Notes: generated by a model from the letters alone, not told the origin. DNA of 34,649 bases from Nemertoderma westbladi (GCA_032718475.1 JAUCBJ010000778.1:1-34649); one strand, 5' to 3'; shown: positions 12,010 through 24,130, counted from the first letter of the stretch. Translations and numbers: made by a program.

Positions 12010-12320
12010 ATTAGTGATCTAGACCTCGCTGATTATGGGTACTGACGACTTAGGAGTACTTTCAGAATCACTAGAGGGATTCCAACGGCTCCTCAGCTCA
12101 TTAGAACAGGCTGCTTCTAGTGTTGGATTATTTGTTAACTCCAAGAAGACCAAAATTTTGACAGTTAATTTGGGCAGCCCCCAGGAAATATGTGATCGTG
12201 TGATCATAAGCTCCAAGGAGTGTGTGCTTGAGTATGTGAATGACTTCTGCTAATAGGGATCATGATCTAGAAGTCAGCTGAAGACCTTCGAATACGTAAG
12301 AGGAATGCATGGGGAGTATA
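12010..12320 (+). mobile_element. Degenerate RTE-like non-LTR retrotransposon RT fragment
   Basis: TDDLGVLSES..FQRLLSSLEQAASSVGLFVNSKKTK...LEYVNDFC(stop) parallels FADDIALLSN...KVGLHINATK...KVDDFQYLGS of the element at 32040-33760. Confidence 0.85.
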
Positions 12321-14476
12321 ATAATGGCTCTCACATATCATACACAATGTGGATCCACCGCAATAGTAACTGAAATGCTAAGGGTTAATCAAAAACAAAA
12401 GCATTAAATTTTCTTAAAAAAAACCCTGTGTGTGTAGGCCTATAATTAGCATTTACCATTAAAATATTTGGACAAAATATAAAACGAACAACGCTGTTAA
12501 CACAAACTAAAGTTTAAGGTTTATTACACACTAACCGATGGTTCTAGGCCTATTCTGTAGAAAATAATATAAAATACAGATAACAAAAAAAATCAAAAAT
12601 ATAACACTTACACCGAATAAGTAATAAAAAAGATTATTTGCAATTAATAAACTAGAGATTTTCCCTTAGGCGTTGAACTGCCTATCAACTGTTACATTTG
12701 TTGTAGTAAATTTATTCAAATTATGTATTTTTGAAAATATATATATAATTGTGTAACTTCCCTTCCATTGGTGGTTATTTAAGAACATTATTTCGATATC
12801 ATTAGTGTTGTGTAACCGTGTACTGAACCAAATTGTTTAAATGTTTGTTTACTTAGTGTCTCAAACACTGAAGTACCGGTACTAAGATAGGCCTACTGTA
12901 TGTTTACATTCACAAACCGAATCGCACTTAGTGAAGATAATCCGTAATAACGTAAACAGGAAGCAAGGTTAACCTCAACATCGATTGTGGCAAAGCCAAT
13001 AAACGATTCACCACCATAAACCAGCCAATCGTGTGTCAGCACCGAACGAAAAGATTAATAAATTACAAGAAATGTATCTTCTCCTACAATTCTAAACGAA
13101 ATAAAGCGAAATTTTGCAGAGAGAATGTCCAATAGATGCTACAGTACATATGGGGTGTCAACAGAATTTTGATTGAGTGAATTCTACGATTATGATCGGT
13201 AATTCTAGAATTAATTTCACTGTTGCTAGTCAACCAACAGGTCCCTAGCAACCAAAACCCTGCATACAAAACTACGTCCGATAATGAACCTATCATTAAA
13301 GTTTCATCCAATTCCATCAACTCAACATTAAGTGCAAGAAGTTGTGTGTAAAAACAAATAAACAAACAAACAAACAAACAAACACGCGTGAGAAATAAGG
13401 ACATCCATGATGGATCTGCCTAATTATTACTAATCATAATTTAGGGATAATTTACACTGAATTGAAGAAATGCCAAATATTGCGACATATTTTACAGTAT
13501 AATAATATCCAAAACAAAAGGCAGTTTTTTAGATAATTACATGGGTTATTAATGGATTTGAATGATTTAATTTAATCTGCTAAATACAATAATTAAATTG
13601 TTGCCGAAACTATAGGAGTAATATTCGGAAGTAGCCCGATAAGGCGAAAAGTTTGACTGAAAATGTATTTAGCGTTATAGAGTATATCAGCCCCGCCTTC
13701 TGTTTATTATCACTGTACTTAATGAAACAATCATTTTATATAATTATTATATTAGAGTGAGGACTACTATAATACTTAGTGGAACAGCTGATCACAAAAT
13801 TCCGTAAAATGTCATCAAATTTATTACGTAAGTGATTTTTTTCCAGTTTCAAAAAACTTTAAAAAAGGTATATGAGCAGACAGTTGGTAGTTACAACATT
13901 GAATTCCAATTATTACACAACCAATCAATCATTCAATGCCACCTGTAATTCCTAAATAGGCCACATCATACATACAAACATCTTCTAAATAAAAACCAGG
14001 ACACCACAACAATTGCGCAATGCATTTGTTCAATATTCCCAAAAAGTACCAATTATAAAAAAAATACCACCAAAATGAGAGCGGTCTCCTACGGTATTGC
14101 AAATATACACAAATAAGTAAAAAAATATTGTATCGTCGAATGTTAGAAGAACCAAAGGCTACAAGAAAACAAATATTGAAAATGAAATTCCTAACGCTTA
14201 ATAATTGTCAACATCAACAATATGTAAGCGATTTGGCCTATGAACAAAGTTCATTGAAGTTAATTAGTAATTAGTATTATAATTGTTAGGATTATTTTAT
14301 ATAGATAAATAAGTGGTTGGGAATTTTGTCAGACACATTGCAATAAAAGGAAAGAGAAAAATATTTATAAGAAAAATAAAATTGATAGAAATTGTGTGAA
14401 AGAGTGGCCATAATTTCGGAAATATTGTGGAAGATATTAGGGAGAAGCTCATTCTAAAACGGTTGACCCTGTGTAT

Positions 14477-14604
14477 TTAAAGTAGTGGGTGATTAATGTT
14501 TGGCGTGCGGTGCATATAAGATGAGTATGGTTGAGGTTGGGAGGTTGAGATTTCGTCATCACCAGATTGAGACACATTAGAATCCAATGTATCATTCTCA
14601 GAAT
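14477..14604 (-). CDS. Probable terminal coding exon of the Shaw/Kv3-type channel
   Basis: Branch-like CTAAC, pyrimidine tract, AG at 14606-14605; phase 1 continues the previous exon: DSENDTLDSNVSQSGDDEISTSQPQPYSSYMHRTPNINHPLL-stop (TAA 14479-14477). Confidence 0.65.
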
Positions 14605-14761
14605 CTAAAAATATACAAATTGACAGTTAGTAAACAAATAAATGAGACAGCAAATGACGCATGACGTGAATTTGACGCAAATCCGATCACGACGAATTGA
14701 TGATATCTGGTCTCGGATGATCAACAATATTAAGTACCAATTCAGGGAAACGAGCAGGTTA

Positions 14762-15720
14762 GGGGCCATCCATAAATGACGTCACGTTTTGTTTTTTAAA
14801 GACAGTTTTGACCCCCTCCCCCCCTCCCCCTTCGTCACAAATCGTCACGAAATGGCTACCCCCCCCCCCCTCCCCTCCCCAATGTCACGTCACACTATAT
14901 AAAATTAAATTATTACTCTTATATTATTAGAACAATAAATCTGGAATAAATTTGTCAACTATAAACTATAGATATAAACCAATATTACAAATTACAGTAA
15001 TACGAGTTTTTCAGACATGCTCCCATGGGCATGACAAGTGGCCTGTCATGCTTATAATGGCCATTGGTGAGACATCAGCTACTGGGTGTGGGTTCGCAGG
15101 GGTTCGGCCGGCCCTCCGCTTTGCAGGACATTGTTTTCGCCGTGAGGACCAGCCAGTGCATAATCTTGTGCTTTGGCAGCGATGGAGTGAATAAGCATGG
15201 TGGACAGCCCATGACTTTCTTGAGACGCATCTTAAAGGACATTGGCCTAGAAGATGCGGACGATCTAGCAAATGTCAATGGTGATAGGGAGTTGTGGCGG
15301 CGCAATTTTAGTGCAGCAGCAATGCAACATTCCGATCCTAGTAGTAGTCGCAGGGGATTGATAATCAAAACGGGTTTTGGAACTACCGCTACCATGAAGG
15401 GATGTAAGATTTTTAGTAAAACTTTCGATGCAAAGTAAAGATGACATTCTTTACAAACACGCTCTCTAATTTTACCAATTATGGAAGGGCAGTAGAGGTC
15501 AGGCGTAAGGTAAGATTTTAATGGTTATCATTGGAAGAGGTAATAGTTTAATAGTAAACACGTTAATAGTATACACGTTTAATAGTACAGTATATAAGTA
15601 TACACGTTTATGTATTTAATATACAGTAATTTTATCGGAAATCCTCCCCCTCGTCACAAATCGTCACGAAATACCACCCCCCCCCCCCGTCCAGCGTGAC
15701 GTAATTTATGGATGGCCCCC
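14762..15720. mobile_element. Non-autonomous PIF/Harbinger-type (Tourist-like) DNA element
   Basis: TIRs GGGGCCATCCATAAATGACGTCACG / CGTGACGTAATTTATGGATGGCCCC; TTA on both flanks (14759-14761, 15721-15723); subterminal tcgtcacaaatcgtcacgaaat at both ends. Confidence 0.9.
15113..15348 (+). mobile_element. 3' end of an RTE-like LINE nested in the Harbinger-type element
   Basis: LRFAGHCFRREDQPVHNLVLWQ C-terminal motif and (TAG)3 tail; closely similar to 22552-22815 on the opposite strand. Confidence 0.85.
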
Positions 15721-16119
15721 TTACAGCCGTTCCACGTTATCAGAACACAGTTTCGTTACAGTTTTATCTGTGAGAGTAATCAGCTGTTATTTGCGTCAAT
15801 TCTTTCCCTGGAAAGTGTTACATTTCCACTGAGTCAATAGCACCCCTACACCTAGTGTGTCAATTAATTATATCAAATATTTCATATTACTAGTTAAAGA
15901 AACATTAAATTACATTAACCACTTTCAGTATAAAATTAATTCACGTGTCACGTCAATTCACATGAATTCCGCATGAAAATGACCAGGTATTAACTTGATT
16001 AAATACAAACTAAATTACGAATTAAATTAACATTTTTAACAAAACGAGTTAACAATATAAATATTTTCACCACTGAATGATCACAATTATTAATAGATTT
16101 ATTTATTTATTCCACTTAC

Positions 16120-17238
16120 CGTAACTGGTGGTGACGCTCTGTGATCTTATAAACTTTGGAACCACACTACCCAGAGGTTTCCTGTTAGCGTAGCGAGATG
16201 CCATCGACGGACTTCGCAACTGCCCGGGCTTCGGATACATGATCCGGGAATAGCCAGAGACAGCACGCAAACTAGAGAAGTTTTTTGGTTCGGGGGATTG
16301 TAACGTGACTGGGGAGGGAGTCGTGACGTCCGAGAGAGGGACCTCATCGTCGGATGGAGCGGCGAGCGGCTGCGGAGGCAGACCCATCCGAGCCACAGTC
16401 CCGCTCCGACGCGGACGATAAGGTTTACCCTCCCGCGCGCTTCCTCGTCGCCGGGGCAAAGTTACCCGACGCGTCGGCGGCAAATCCCGCTCGAATCGGA
16501 GCGACAGTTTGGAGCCGTCTCGCCGGATAATGTCGACGGAGGTGGGCGAGAAAGATCGACCGTTGTAGCCCATGCGAGGGACGATGTGGAATGGGATCTG
16601 GTTGGATCGTTCGAGGAGGTAATCCTCGTAAAGTTCGCGGTCTTCATCCGTGAAGGGTTCGTGTTTGGTCGCCTCGAGGATAGCTTTAAGTAGATCGGAG
16701 GTGGAAAGATGGGGTGGCGACGCCTCCAAACTGCTCGACTCAGAGGATTCAGTGACTCGTGGAGGCAGCGACTGTTGAGTGAGCGGCTTCAACCGAGGTA
16801 GAGCCAATCCGGAGTCGCTGCGGTACATGTCTCGCTGTTTGTTGCTATGGAGGCGGTGACGTCTACCGGATCGGGCTTGGTTGTTAACTGGCACAGAGGA
16901 ATTTTCTTCGATAATTCGAAACGGGGGTATTTGAGCACCAGATTTAGTGACGTTAAAGGGGTTACCAAGACTACGGGACCGGGAGATAGGGGGGATAGGT
17001 TTATACAGAGAATCATTGCGCTGTAAATTGGGCTTCCGATCAACAGATATATCGCCTTTAAATTGCATTAAACTGAAAGTTCGTCTGGGGAAATGTAGGT
17101 CGGACGGTCGAGGTATGGGTATGTATTTAGTGACTATAGGGTGCAGTTTTTTAGGGTTTGGGAGCGGAAATGCTGTTGTAGGACCCACTGCTGTGCTCTT
17201 TGAACGATGAGGTCTTGAATAATTGGTATAAGAAATTC
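16120..17238 (-). CDS. Large (1119 nt) Pro/Ser/Arg-rich C-terminal exon, probably of the Shaw/Kv3-type channel
   Basis: Within the 393-aa ORF; acceptor ttttcgttttctttAG (17240-17239), donor G|GTAAGT (16119); phase 1-1, compatible with flanking exons; clearly more GC-rich than the introns. Confidence 0.8.
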
Positions 17239-17333
17239 CTAAAGAAAACGAAAAAAGATAAAAAGTTAACAAAAAAGAATACAATTGGCATATAAATATA
17301 TTTAATTTATATATGCTATTTACGACTTATATA

Positions 17334-17734
17334 CCGTATTTAATAGAATAGGAACATGGGCGTTTAAGTTTATAAATCGCCAATTGCGGAGGCGTTTATT
17401 CGAGGGGGGCGTTTATTCGGGGAAGGCGTTTAAGTTCCAAATTGTGTGGTTCGAGTGAGGGCGTTTAGCGTTTATGTTCTAGATTTTCACCTAATAAAGA
17501 ATGTTGTTAAATTCAAGAAAACAAGTTAAACAAATTAAATAATTCAAATAAAACCAGGAATATCTTTATTACAAAGCAGCCTATTACAGCGGTGCAACAC
17601 CCTACTACATTTACTTTCAGTCTTAACAATCAGTTAACTCTCAACAATGTTAACGTCCCACATTGTATTATTATTCAACTCCGGCACTCCGGGGCGTTTA
17701 TTCGAGGGTGGGGCTCTTATTCGAGTAAATACGG
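17334..17734. mobile_element. Tc1/mariner-superfamily (Tc2/pogo-like) MITE
   Basis: Termini CCGTATTTA...TAAATACGG flanked by TA on both sides; internal repeats of GGCGTTTATTCG. Confidence 0.8.
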
Positions 17735-18692
17735 TATTTATTCGGGTTAACATAAACAATGGTAATCATAAATTTGGGAAAAGTAGGCCTAACATTTTTC
17801 AGTGGCTCACGTTACTGAAACTAAAACAACAAACGCCAACAAAAATAAAAACCAAAACCAAAACAAGAAACAGCTTACAGTATCATATTAGGAAGGTGGT
17901 TATCAACTACTATTTGCGTCTATTTCTCATGGATATGGTTTAATTTTAATTGTATCAGCCCACCCCCCCCCCCCCCCCCCACCACCACTGTAATATTTGA
18001 AATTCATATACAATGTATTTCAAATTTATTACAAATGTATTACAAATATTTGTAATAATATTTGAAACTTACTGTATAACGCGTTGTGCATCGAACGGAT
18101 ACTTATATATTTCAATGTACACGAAAGGATATAAGAGCTGTACCTAATATTCTAGCATGCACACCTCCCTCTATCCTTTTAGATAAGACACGGTAATGCA
18201 TTTTGAATGAATGGCGGACTGATTAAGCTTTAACTAATTGCGATACCAACTGCGGGAAGCCAGAAGCACTTAAGGGAAACCCAGTGTCCCTAAGTCCGTG
18301 CCCGGATACCAAGCAACAAACAACCATACTTTGTGGAGGCAACAAAAAAATCATTTATCGAATTTCCACAAACCCCCACAATAAACACACACAACCCACC
18401 AAACGTCATTCAAATCTGAGGACATTTTGATAAGAAAATAATAATGACAATGTTTAAATTAATATTCTCAAGGTTTCAAATGATAGAAAAACTTTTAAGA
18501 AAAGTTTACCTTCTACACATTTTTAGTTTAGTAATTGGGCAGTATTGTTATCAGTTATTGTATTATACTGTATAAGTTATCGGGCAGTATTGTATCGAGT
18601 GGCTCAAATTTGATTCAAGTTATCTTCAACTCAAATTGGATTCAACTATTTTAAGAACATATTTTAAAAATCAAAACACAGTATCTTTTTTA

Positions 18693-18908
18693 TGTGGGGC
18701 GAGCCAGGAAAGTAAGCGAGATTAGCATACGGGTACCACTAACTCAATCGGTGTGTCTGTCGTTCTGTTGTGTTCAATTTTAAACGTTAATAACTTAGCC
18801 AAATCTCGATAAAATCTATCCAAACTTGGTACATTGTAGTCTGGCAAAAATTGAGGAATTTGCGTGTGGCCTTCGAGAAGCTAAGATACTGTAATAGCAG
18901 TTAATTAA
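18693..18908 (+). repeat. Interspersed repeat, copy 1 (possibly Helentron-associated HINE/DINE-1-like)
   Basis: Colinear with 33760-34008: tgtggggcgag...gtaccactaactcaatcggtgtgtctgt...ccaaacttggtaca...gtggccttcgagaagcta; variable (TCTGT-like)n tract. Family assignment is inference. Confidence 0.8.
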
Positions 18909-19292
18909 TAGCAGTTTATCCCCCCCCCCCCCCCCCCCCCACCCTCGATCACGTTTTATCGTGATCAGCGATTAGGCCCTAAACTTATTCTAAACTTATT
19001 CTTGAGACTTGAATATAAAATAATATATAATGCCTATTCATTTAAACTTAATTAATATTTTTCCACAATGCTGTTATAAAGAGAATCCTTGCTCACATTT
19101 TAATGAAATTCAACTAAATTTTCATTTGAATTCTAATTAATTTAATCTACATAGCACGATGTATGTTGCACTGCCAAGCAACTACTGTATTTGTTGACTT
19201 ATTAGATTCATTAATCAAAGGATATACAGTAAAACTACAAACATAGCGTATGTATCAGTAGCCTTTACAAATATACGAAGGGCTTTAATTAC

Positions 19293-19436
19293 CTGGGGGA
19301 TCGATGTCGTTGTTATTTTGCGCCTCAACAGCCACTGGAATCGCGTCGAGGAAGGTTTCCTGTTGGGGGCATTTCACACTCCGGCGTTTGGGAAGGAGAG
19401 GGGTCGAACCGGGTCCCTGGGTGTCTATGGTAGCAA
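19293..19436 (-). CDS. Internal C-terminal exon (144 nt, phase 1-1) of the Shaw/Kv3-type channel
   Basis: Acceptor tgtttgttgtgattttctAG (19438-19437), donor CAG|GTAATT (19292); open: ATIDTQGPGSTPLLPKRRSVKCPQQETFLDAIPVAVEAQNNNDIDPP. Confidence 0.75.
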
Positions 19437-20486
19437 CTAGAAAATCACAACAAACAGATGCGACAACTTCGGGGTATATGATACATACCTTAGAAAGTGC
19501 AACCCATGTTGAGTTTATTTTGGGTAAAGCGCTCAATGTGAAATATGACTACTGTAGGTGTCAAACTGGAATGTAACTTTACTAAACATTACTTAAATAA
19601 CTACAGCGTTATGAATTAAAATATTTCTGTAATTTAAGATACTAATATTATTAGTATTTATGGGGTTACTGTTCGCTGAGAGTACCACTACTGCAGCCTT
19701 GATTCAACACAGGGAAGGAACCAATATTAATTGATTAATTTTGTTGTATATTTAAATCTCTTCGTTAATTATCTAATACTGTTTTTAATTGTTTAACTCC
19801 ATAACTATTATTTTCCATTTGCATAATATTTATCTTATACCTAAAAATAATAATTTTTCACAAAATTTTAACAGGAAAATCATTAAAATATTCCGTTTCG
19901 ACTAAAGTATATTAATTATTAATTATAATTTTATATATTAATTATCACTAAATAAGGGAAATGAGCAGATATCAGTTGCTAGTTCTAACCAAAACAATAA
20001 ATGAAATTCAATAGAACAGGTTAATGTTTTATTTTAGATAATAAAATTACATTTTAGTAATAATTTAATAATTAATATATTTTAGTGCAGGAATATATTA
20101 TATGTTTTAGTGACAAAACTTTTTAGTGACTTTACTGAAAAAACATTTAATTTAATGGAATAAGCAATTGTTTTCGTGACCAATAAAATATATGAGCAAT
20201 ATTAATTGTAATTATGAATATGACAAATAATAATTTTTGCAGGAAGTAAAGTGTCATGCACCACTGACAGCTCAGTGGTTCAATAGAATGGACGAGGGTA
20301 AGAATGATGGAGGTTTTGAATTGAAGAAATCTAAATTTAAGTCGAAAATCGAAACCAATTATTAAAATAAGATACTAAGATATTTTAAGATATACTAACT
20401 ACGTATTCTAAGATACTATCTACAGTCAGATTACAAGATGAATTCACTTCACAGTAATTAAGAGTTAATGAATTTATCAATACAAT

Positions 20487-20874
20487 ATGTGACTGGTTGC
20501 GAGAATAGAGAGCTGATGATAAAAACTTAATCAGATAAAAACGCAATTAGAATTTGGATAGTAAAATCGACGGTTTTTATTGGTTTATTGGCTGTTAATC
20601 AATTTTACTACATTAGGTTTTTTTACTGACCAACTTTAGTTCAATAATTTCCTATATTATTGACATAGGTCATATGCTTTTTTAATCAAGCAGTGTCGAC
20701 GATTGTCAAGGGTATAATGTACTTCCTCATAGATATTTTAACGGAAAAAGTTTTGAAAGCATGGTTTCAATATTCAGCATTTTCAGAAAAAAAATTATGC
20801 ATCCCATAATAGATATAATATAATAACTCATAGTCGACTATTTTGCTATTAGACCTTCTCTCGCAACCATACAT
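20487..20874. mobile_element. Probable degenerate MITE
   Basis: Imperfect terminal inverted repeats atgt(gac)TGGTTGCGAGA (20487-20504) and TCTCGCAACCAtacat (20859-20874). Confidence 0.5.
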
Positions 20875-21484
20875 TATTTTGATATAAACTAAATTAGCAA
20901 TGGAGTTTATACAATATAGCCTGTATGATCTTATAATTGCAAAAACCCAGCGCTACCCTGCAAGCGCAATGCGCGAGTCTCCCCTGCTATCGTGAAATAG
21001 TTAAGCCTGCGCATGATCTTGCTTTATATCAGCCTTGTGGTTAACTAAAACGTAGAGGTCATATATGAAACGTCTTGATAATGCAGAGGAATTAGGACTG
21101 CGGAAGTTTTGCGTTGCAGTGAGGACCGCATATGTAATATGCAAATAAAAATGCAGGTTTGAATTGTTTTTGACGCTCAAAATGAAGTGGTACAGATTTT
21201 ATATAATTATTACACTTTAGAAATGATAATAAAATAATTCATTATCTGAATAATAATTCTAACCAACAAAGTGCGTTATAAATAAAAAGCAGATACCTTT
21301 TTTGTATCAGGATACTTAAACAAAGTATTTAAAATATTATAGTCAATTATAATTTGGAGCACAAAATTTATAAAACTCTTGCAAATTATCAAAATGTGTA
21401 TTGGGTTTAAATTGGATTACATAAAAAATTAATGAACATTAATTCCAATAAATTAGATTTCAATAATAATAAACAAAGAAACAT

Positions 21485-21636
21485 CTATGGGGTAAAAACG
21501 TCAAAACGTCTATTGGATAACAATGGAGTTTGTGATTGTTGTAGTGGAGAATGTGGGCGAGAACCCCACTGAGATGGAGGAGATGAAGTCAAAGAGGCTG
21601 AACAGCTGTTAGGGTTGTTTACGGTAGTAGTACCCA
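21485..21636 (-). CDS. Candidate alternative terminal exon of the channel (short C-terminus)
   Basis: cAG acceptor at 21638-21637; phase 1 matches donor at 27868; reads LGTTTVNNPNSCSASLTSSPPSQWGSRPHSPLQQSQTPLLSNRRFDVFTP-stop; GC-richer than flanks. Pyrimidine tract is weak. Confidence 0.5.
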
Positions 21637-22131
21637 CTGTTACACAGATCAGTAAATGTTGGCATGAAAACAATTAATTCACATTTACGTTTAATTTAAA
21701 TATTAGCGATCGTGTTATGCTATTTATAAGCTGCTTTGTTGCAAATATTACTTTTAACGACATAACTAAAAACAAATGTAGTATAAAAAATAAACTATAT
21801 TATATTACTTATTATCATATTTTACTATTATTTATTATAAACAATCTCTTAAAATAATGAAAAAAAATATAAAGAATGTAATAAGTATTTATTACACGGA
21901 AAGCAAGTGGGATTTAATCCCGCTAACCACTCGGCTAATTATAAATCAAGGGGGAGTAATAATTTAAAGTAAACAACAACATCAAAAACATTTGTTTTTC
22001 ATGTATCACATAATATTATTCCACAAAATTAACTTTTCATCTCCCCCCCATTGCTTTTGACCTTCCCTTATGGCCTTTCACCCCCTCATGGAGTTCCTCC
22101 TTCTTATTGCCTTTTCACTTATTGCTCTTTC

Positions 22132-23185
22132 ACTTTAAACCCTTATTGCCTTTCACCTTAAACCCTTATTGCCTTTCACCTTAAACCCTTATTCCCTTTC
22201 ACCTTAAACCCTTATTGCCTTTCACCTTAAACCCTTATTCCCTTTCACCTTAAACCCTTATTGCCTTTCACCTTAAACCCTTATTCCCTTTCACCTTAAA
22301 CCCTTATTGCCTTTCACCTTAAACCCTTATTGCCTTTCACCTTAAACCCTTATTGCCTTTCACCTTAAACCCTTATTGCCTTTCACCTTAAACCCTTATT
22401 CCCTTTCACCTTAAACCTTTATTCCCTTTCACCTTAAACCCTTATTGCCTTTTCACCTTAAACCCTTATTGCCTTTCACCTTAAACCCTTATTGCCTTTC
22501 ACCTTAAACCCTTATTGCCTTTCACCTTAAACCCTTATTGCCCTACACCTTACTACTAGGATCGGCATGCTGCATTGCAGCTGCATTTTTAAGAATGCTG
22601 TGCCGGCTTGTCGACAAATTTTCGCCGCCACAACTCCCTTTAACCCATGACATTTGCTAGATCATCCGCATCTTAAAGGCCAGTGACCTTTAAAATGCGT
22701 CTCAAGAAAGTCATGGGCTGTCCACCATGCTTATTCACTCAATGAGGCTGCCAAAGCATAAGATTATGCACTGGCTAGTCCTCACGGCGAAAGCAATGTC
22801 CTGCAAAGCGGAGGCGACTTTGTTTTAGTGTCAAGCTTGGGGGAACCAATGAGACACCTCCAATGTTATATAGTGTCTGGTTGGAGATGTGTGCATTGTA
22901 TTGGATTGTGTTGTAGCAGTTAGAGCCCAGCATGGACTCCCATAGAGGAGTACTGGAACTACTGCTGCTCTAAATAATCGGACCTTAAGTTTTCGATTAA
23001 TTCTCTGCGACTTCCAAATCCTGGAAAGCCTATTCAAAGCTGCCCAAACTCTTAAACCCTAATTGCCTTTCACCTTAAATCCTTATTGCCTTTCACCTTA
23101 AACCCTTATTGCTCTTTCACCTTAAACCCGTATTGCCTTTCACCTTAAACCCTTATTGCCTTTCACCTTAAACCCGTATTGCCTT
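22132..23185. repeat. 23-bp minisatellite (CCTTATTGCCTTTCACCTTAAAC), ~18 copies plus ~6 copies, split by an RTE insertion
   Basis: Unit period read directly (22141, 22164, ...); array resumes at 23051. Confidence 0.97.
22552..23050 (-). mobile_element. 5'-truncated RTE-like LINE inserted into the minisatellite
   Basis: WAALNRLSRIWKS...KVRLFRAAVVPVLLYGSPCWALT and RFAGHCFRRED motifs; (TAG)n tail at ~22552-22558. Confidence 0.9.
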
Positions 23186-23528
23186 TTCTTCACCATTTTT
23201 TAAAAGTTGCCTTTGCTTAATTGTACTTCTAGGAATATTGTACTTTCTTTATTCTAGAAACGTGGATTATAAATTAAATTAACAATTTAATTTGGTAGAA
23301 TAAAATATACGATACATAAAAACTGTAAAACACCTAGAAAACAGAAAAAACAATGATCAGCAAGAAATTTCCACCGCACACAATCAGCATTCCTAAATGT
23401 ACTCCTCGCACAGCACACCCTAGGAAATATATTAAAATGAGGAAAAAATACTACCCTCCTGGAAAACAGGGAGAATAATGATCATCGATATATTTGATCT
23501 ATTCTTCTTAAAATTTACATAGAATTAG

Positions 23529-24130
23529 ACTAATACTACACAGTAAGAGTTGGTTCTTTGGTTGCCAGGGAACTAATACTACACAGTAAGAGTTGGTTCT
23601 TTGGTTGCCAGGGAACTAATACTACACAGTAAGAGTTGGTTCTTTGGTTGCCAGGGAACTAATACTACATAGTAAGAGTTGGTTCTTTGGTTGCCAGGGA
23701 ACTAATACTACACAGTAAGAGTTGGTTCTTTGGTTACCAGGGAATTAATACTACACAGTAAGAGTTGGTTCTTTGGTTGCCAGGGAACTAATACTACACA
23801 GTAAGAGTTGGTTCTTTGGTTGCCAGGGAACTAATACTACATAGTAAGAGTTGGTTCTTTGGTTGCCAGGTAACTAATACTACACAGTAAGAGTTGGTTC
23901 TTTGGTTGCCAGGGAACTAATACTACATAGTAAGAGTTGGTTCTTTGGTTGCCAGGAAACTAATACTACATAGTAAGAGTTGGTTCTTTGGTTGTCAGGG
24001 AACTAATACTACACAGTAAGAGTTGGTTCTTTGGTTACCAGGGAATTAATACTACACAGTAAGAGTTGGTTCTTTGGTTGCCAGGGAACTAATACTACAC
24101 AGTAAGAGTTGGTTATTTGGTTGCCAGGGA
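23529..24130. repeat. 43-bp minisatellite, 14 copies
   Basis: Unit ACTAATACTACACAGTAAGAGTTGGTTCTTTGGTTGCCAGGGA; 602 bp = 14 x 43. Confidence 0.98.

Noticed and set aside
13084-13404. 106-aa minus-strand ORF (and ORF 11306-11509) as T1 exons
   Set aside because: No BTB/T1 motifs and no convincing splice boundaries; the start overlaps a (TTTG)n microsatellite.
7836-16120. Read-through concatenated two-module channel
   Set aside because: C-terminal donors of the first module are phase 1 and the second S1 exon is phase 0; no phase-correcting exon was found.
22132-23185. Interstitial telomere
   Set aside because: Unit is 23 bp with only TAAGGG-like words, not (TTAGGG)n or (TTAGG)n.
23529-24130. 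Regular array as CRISPR
   Set aside because: Head-to-tail near-identical units with no unique spacers, no cas genes, eukaryotic context.
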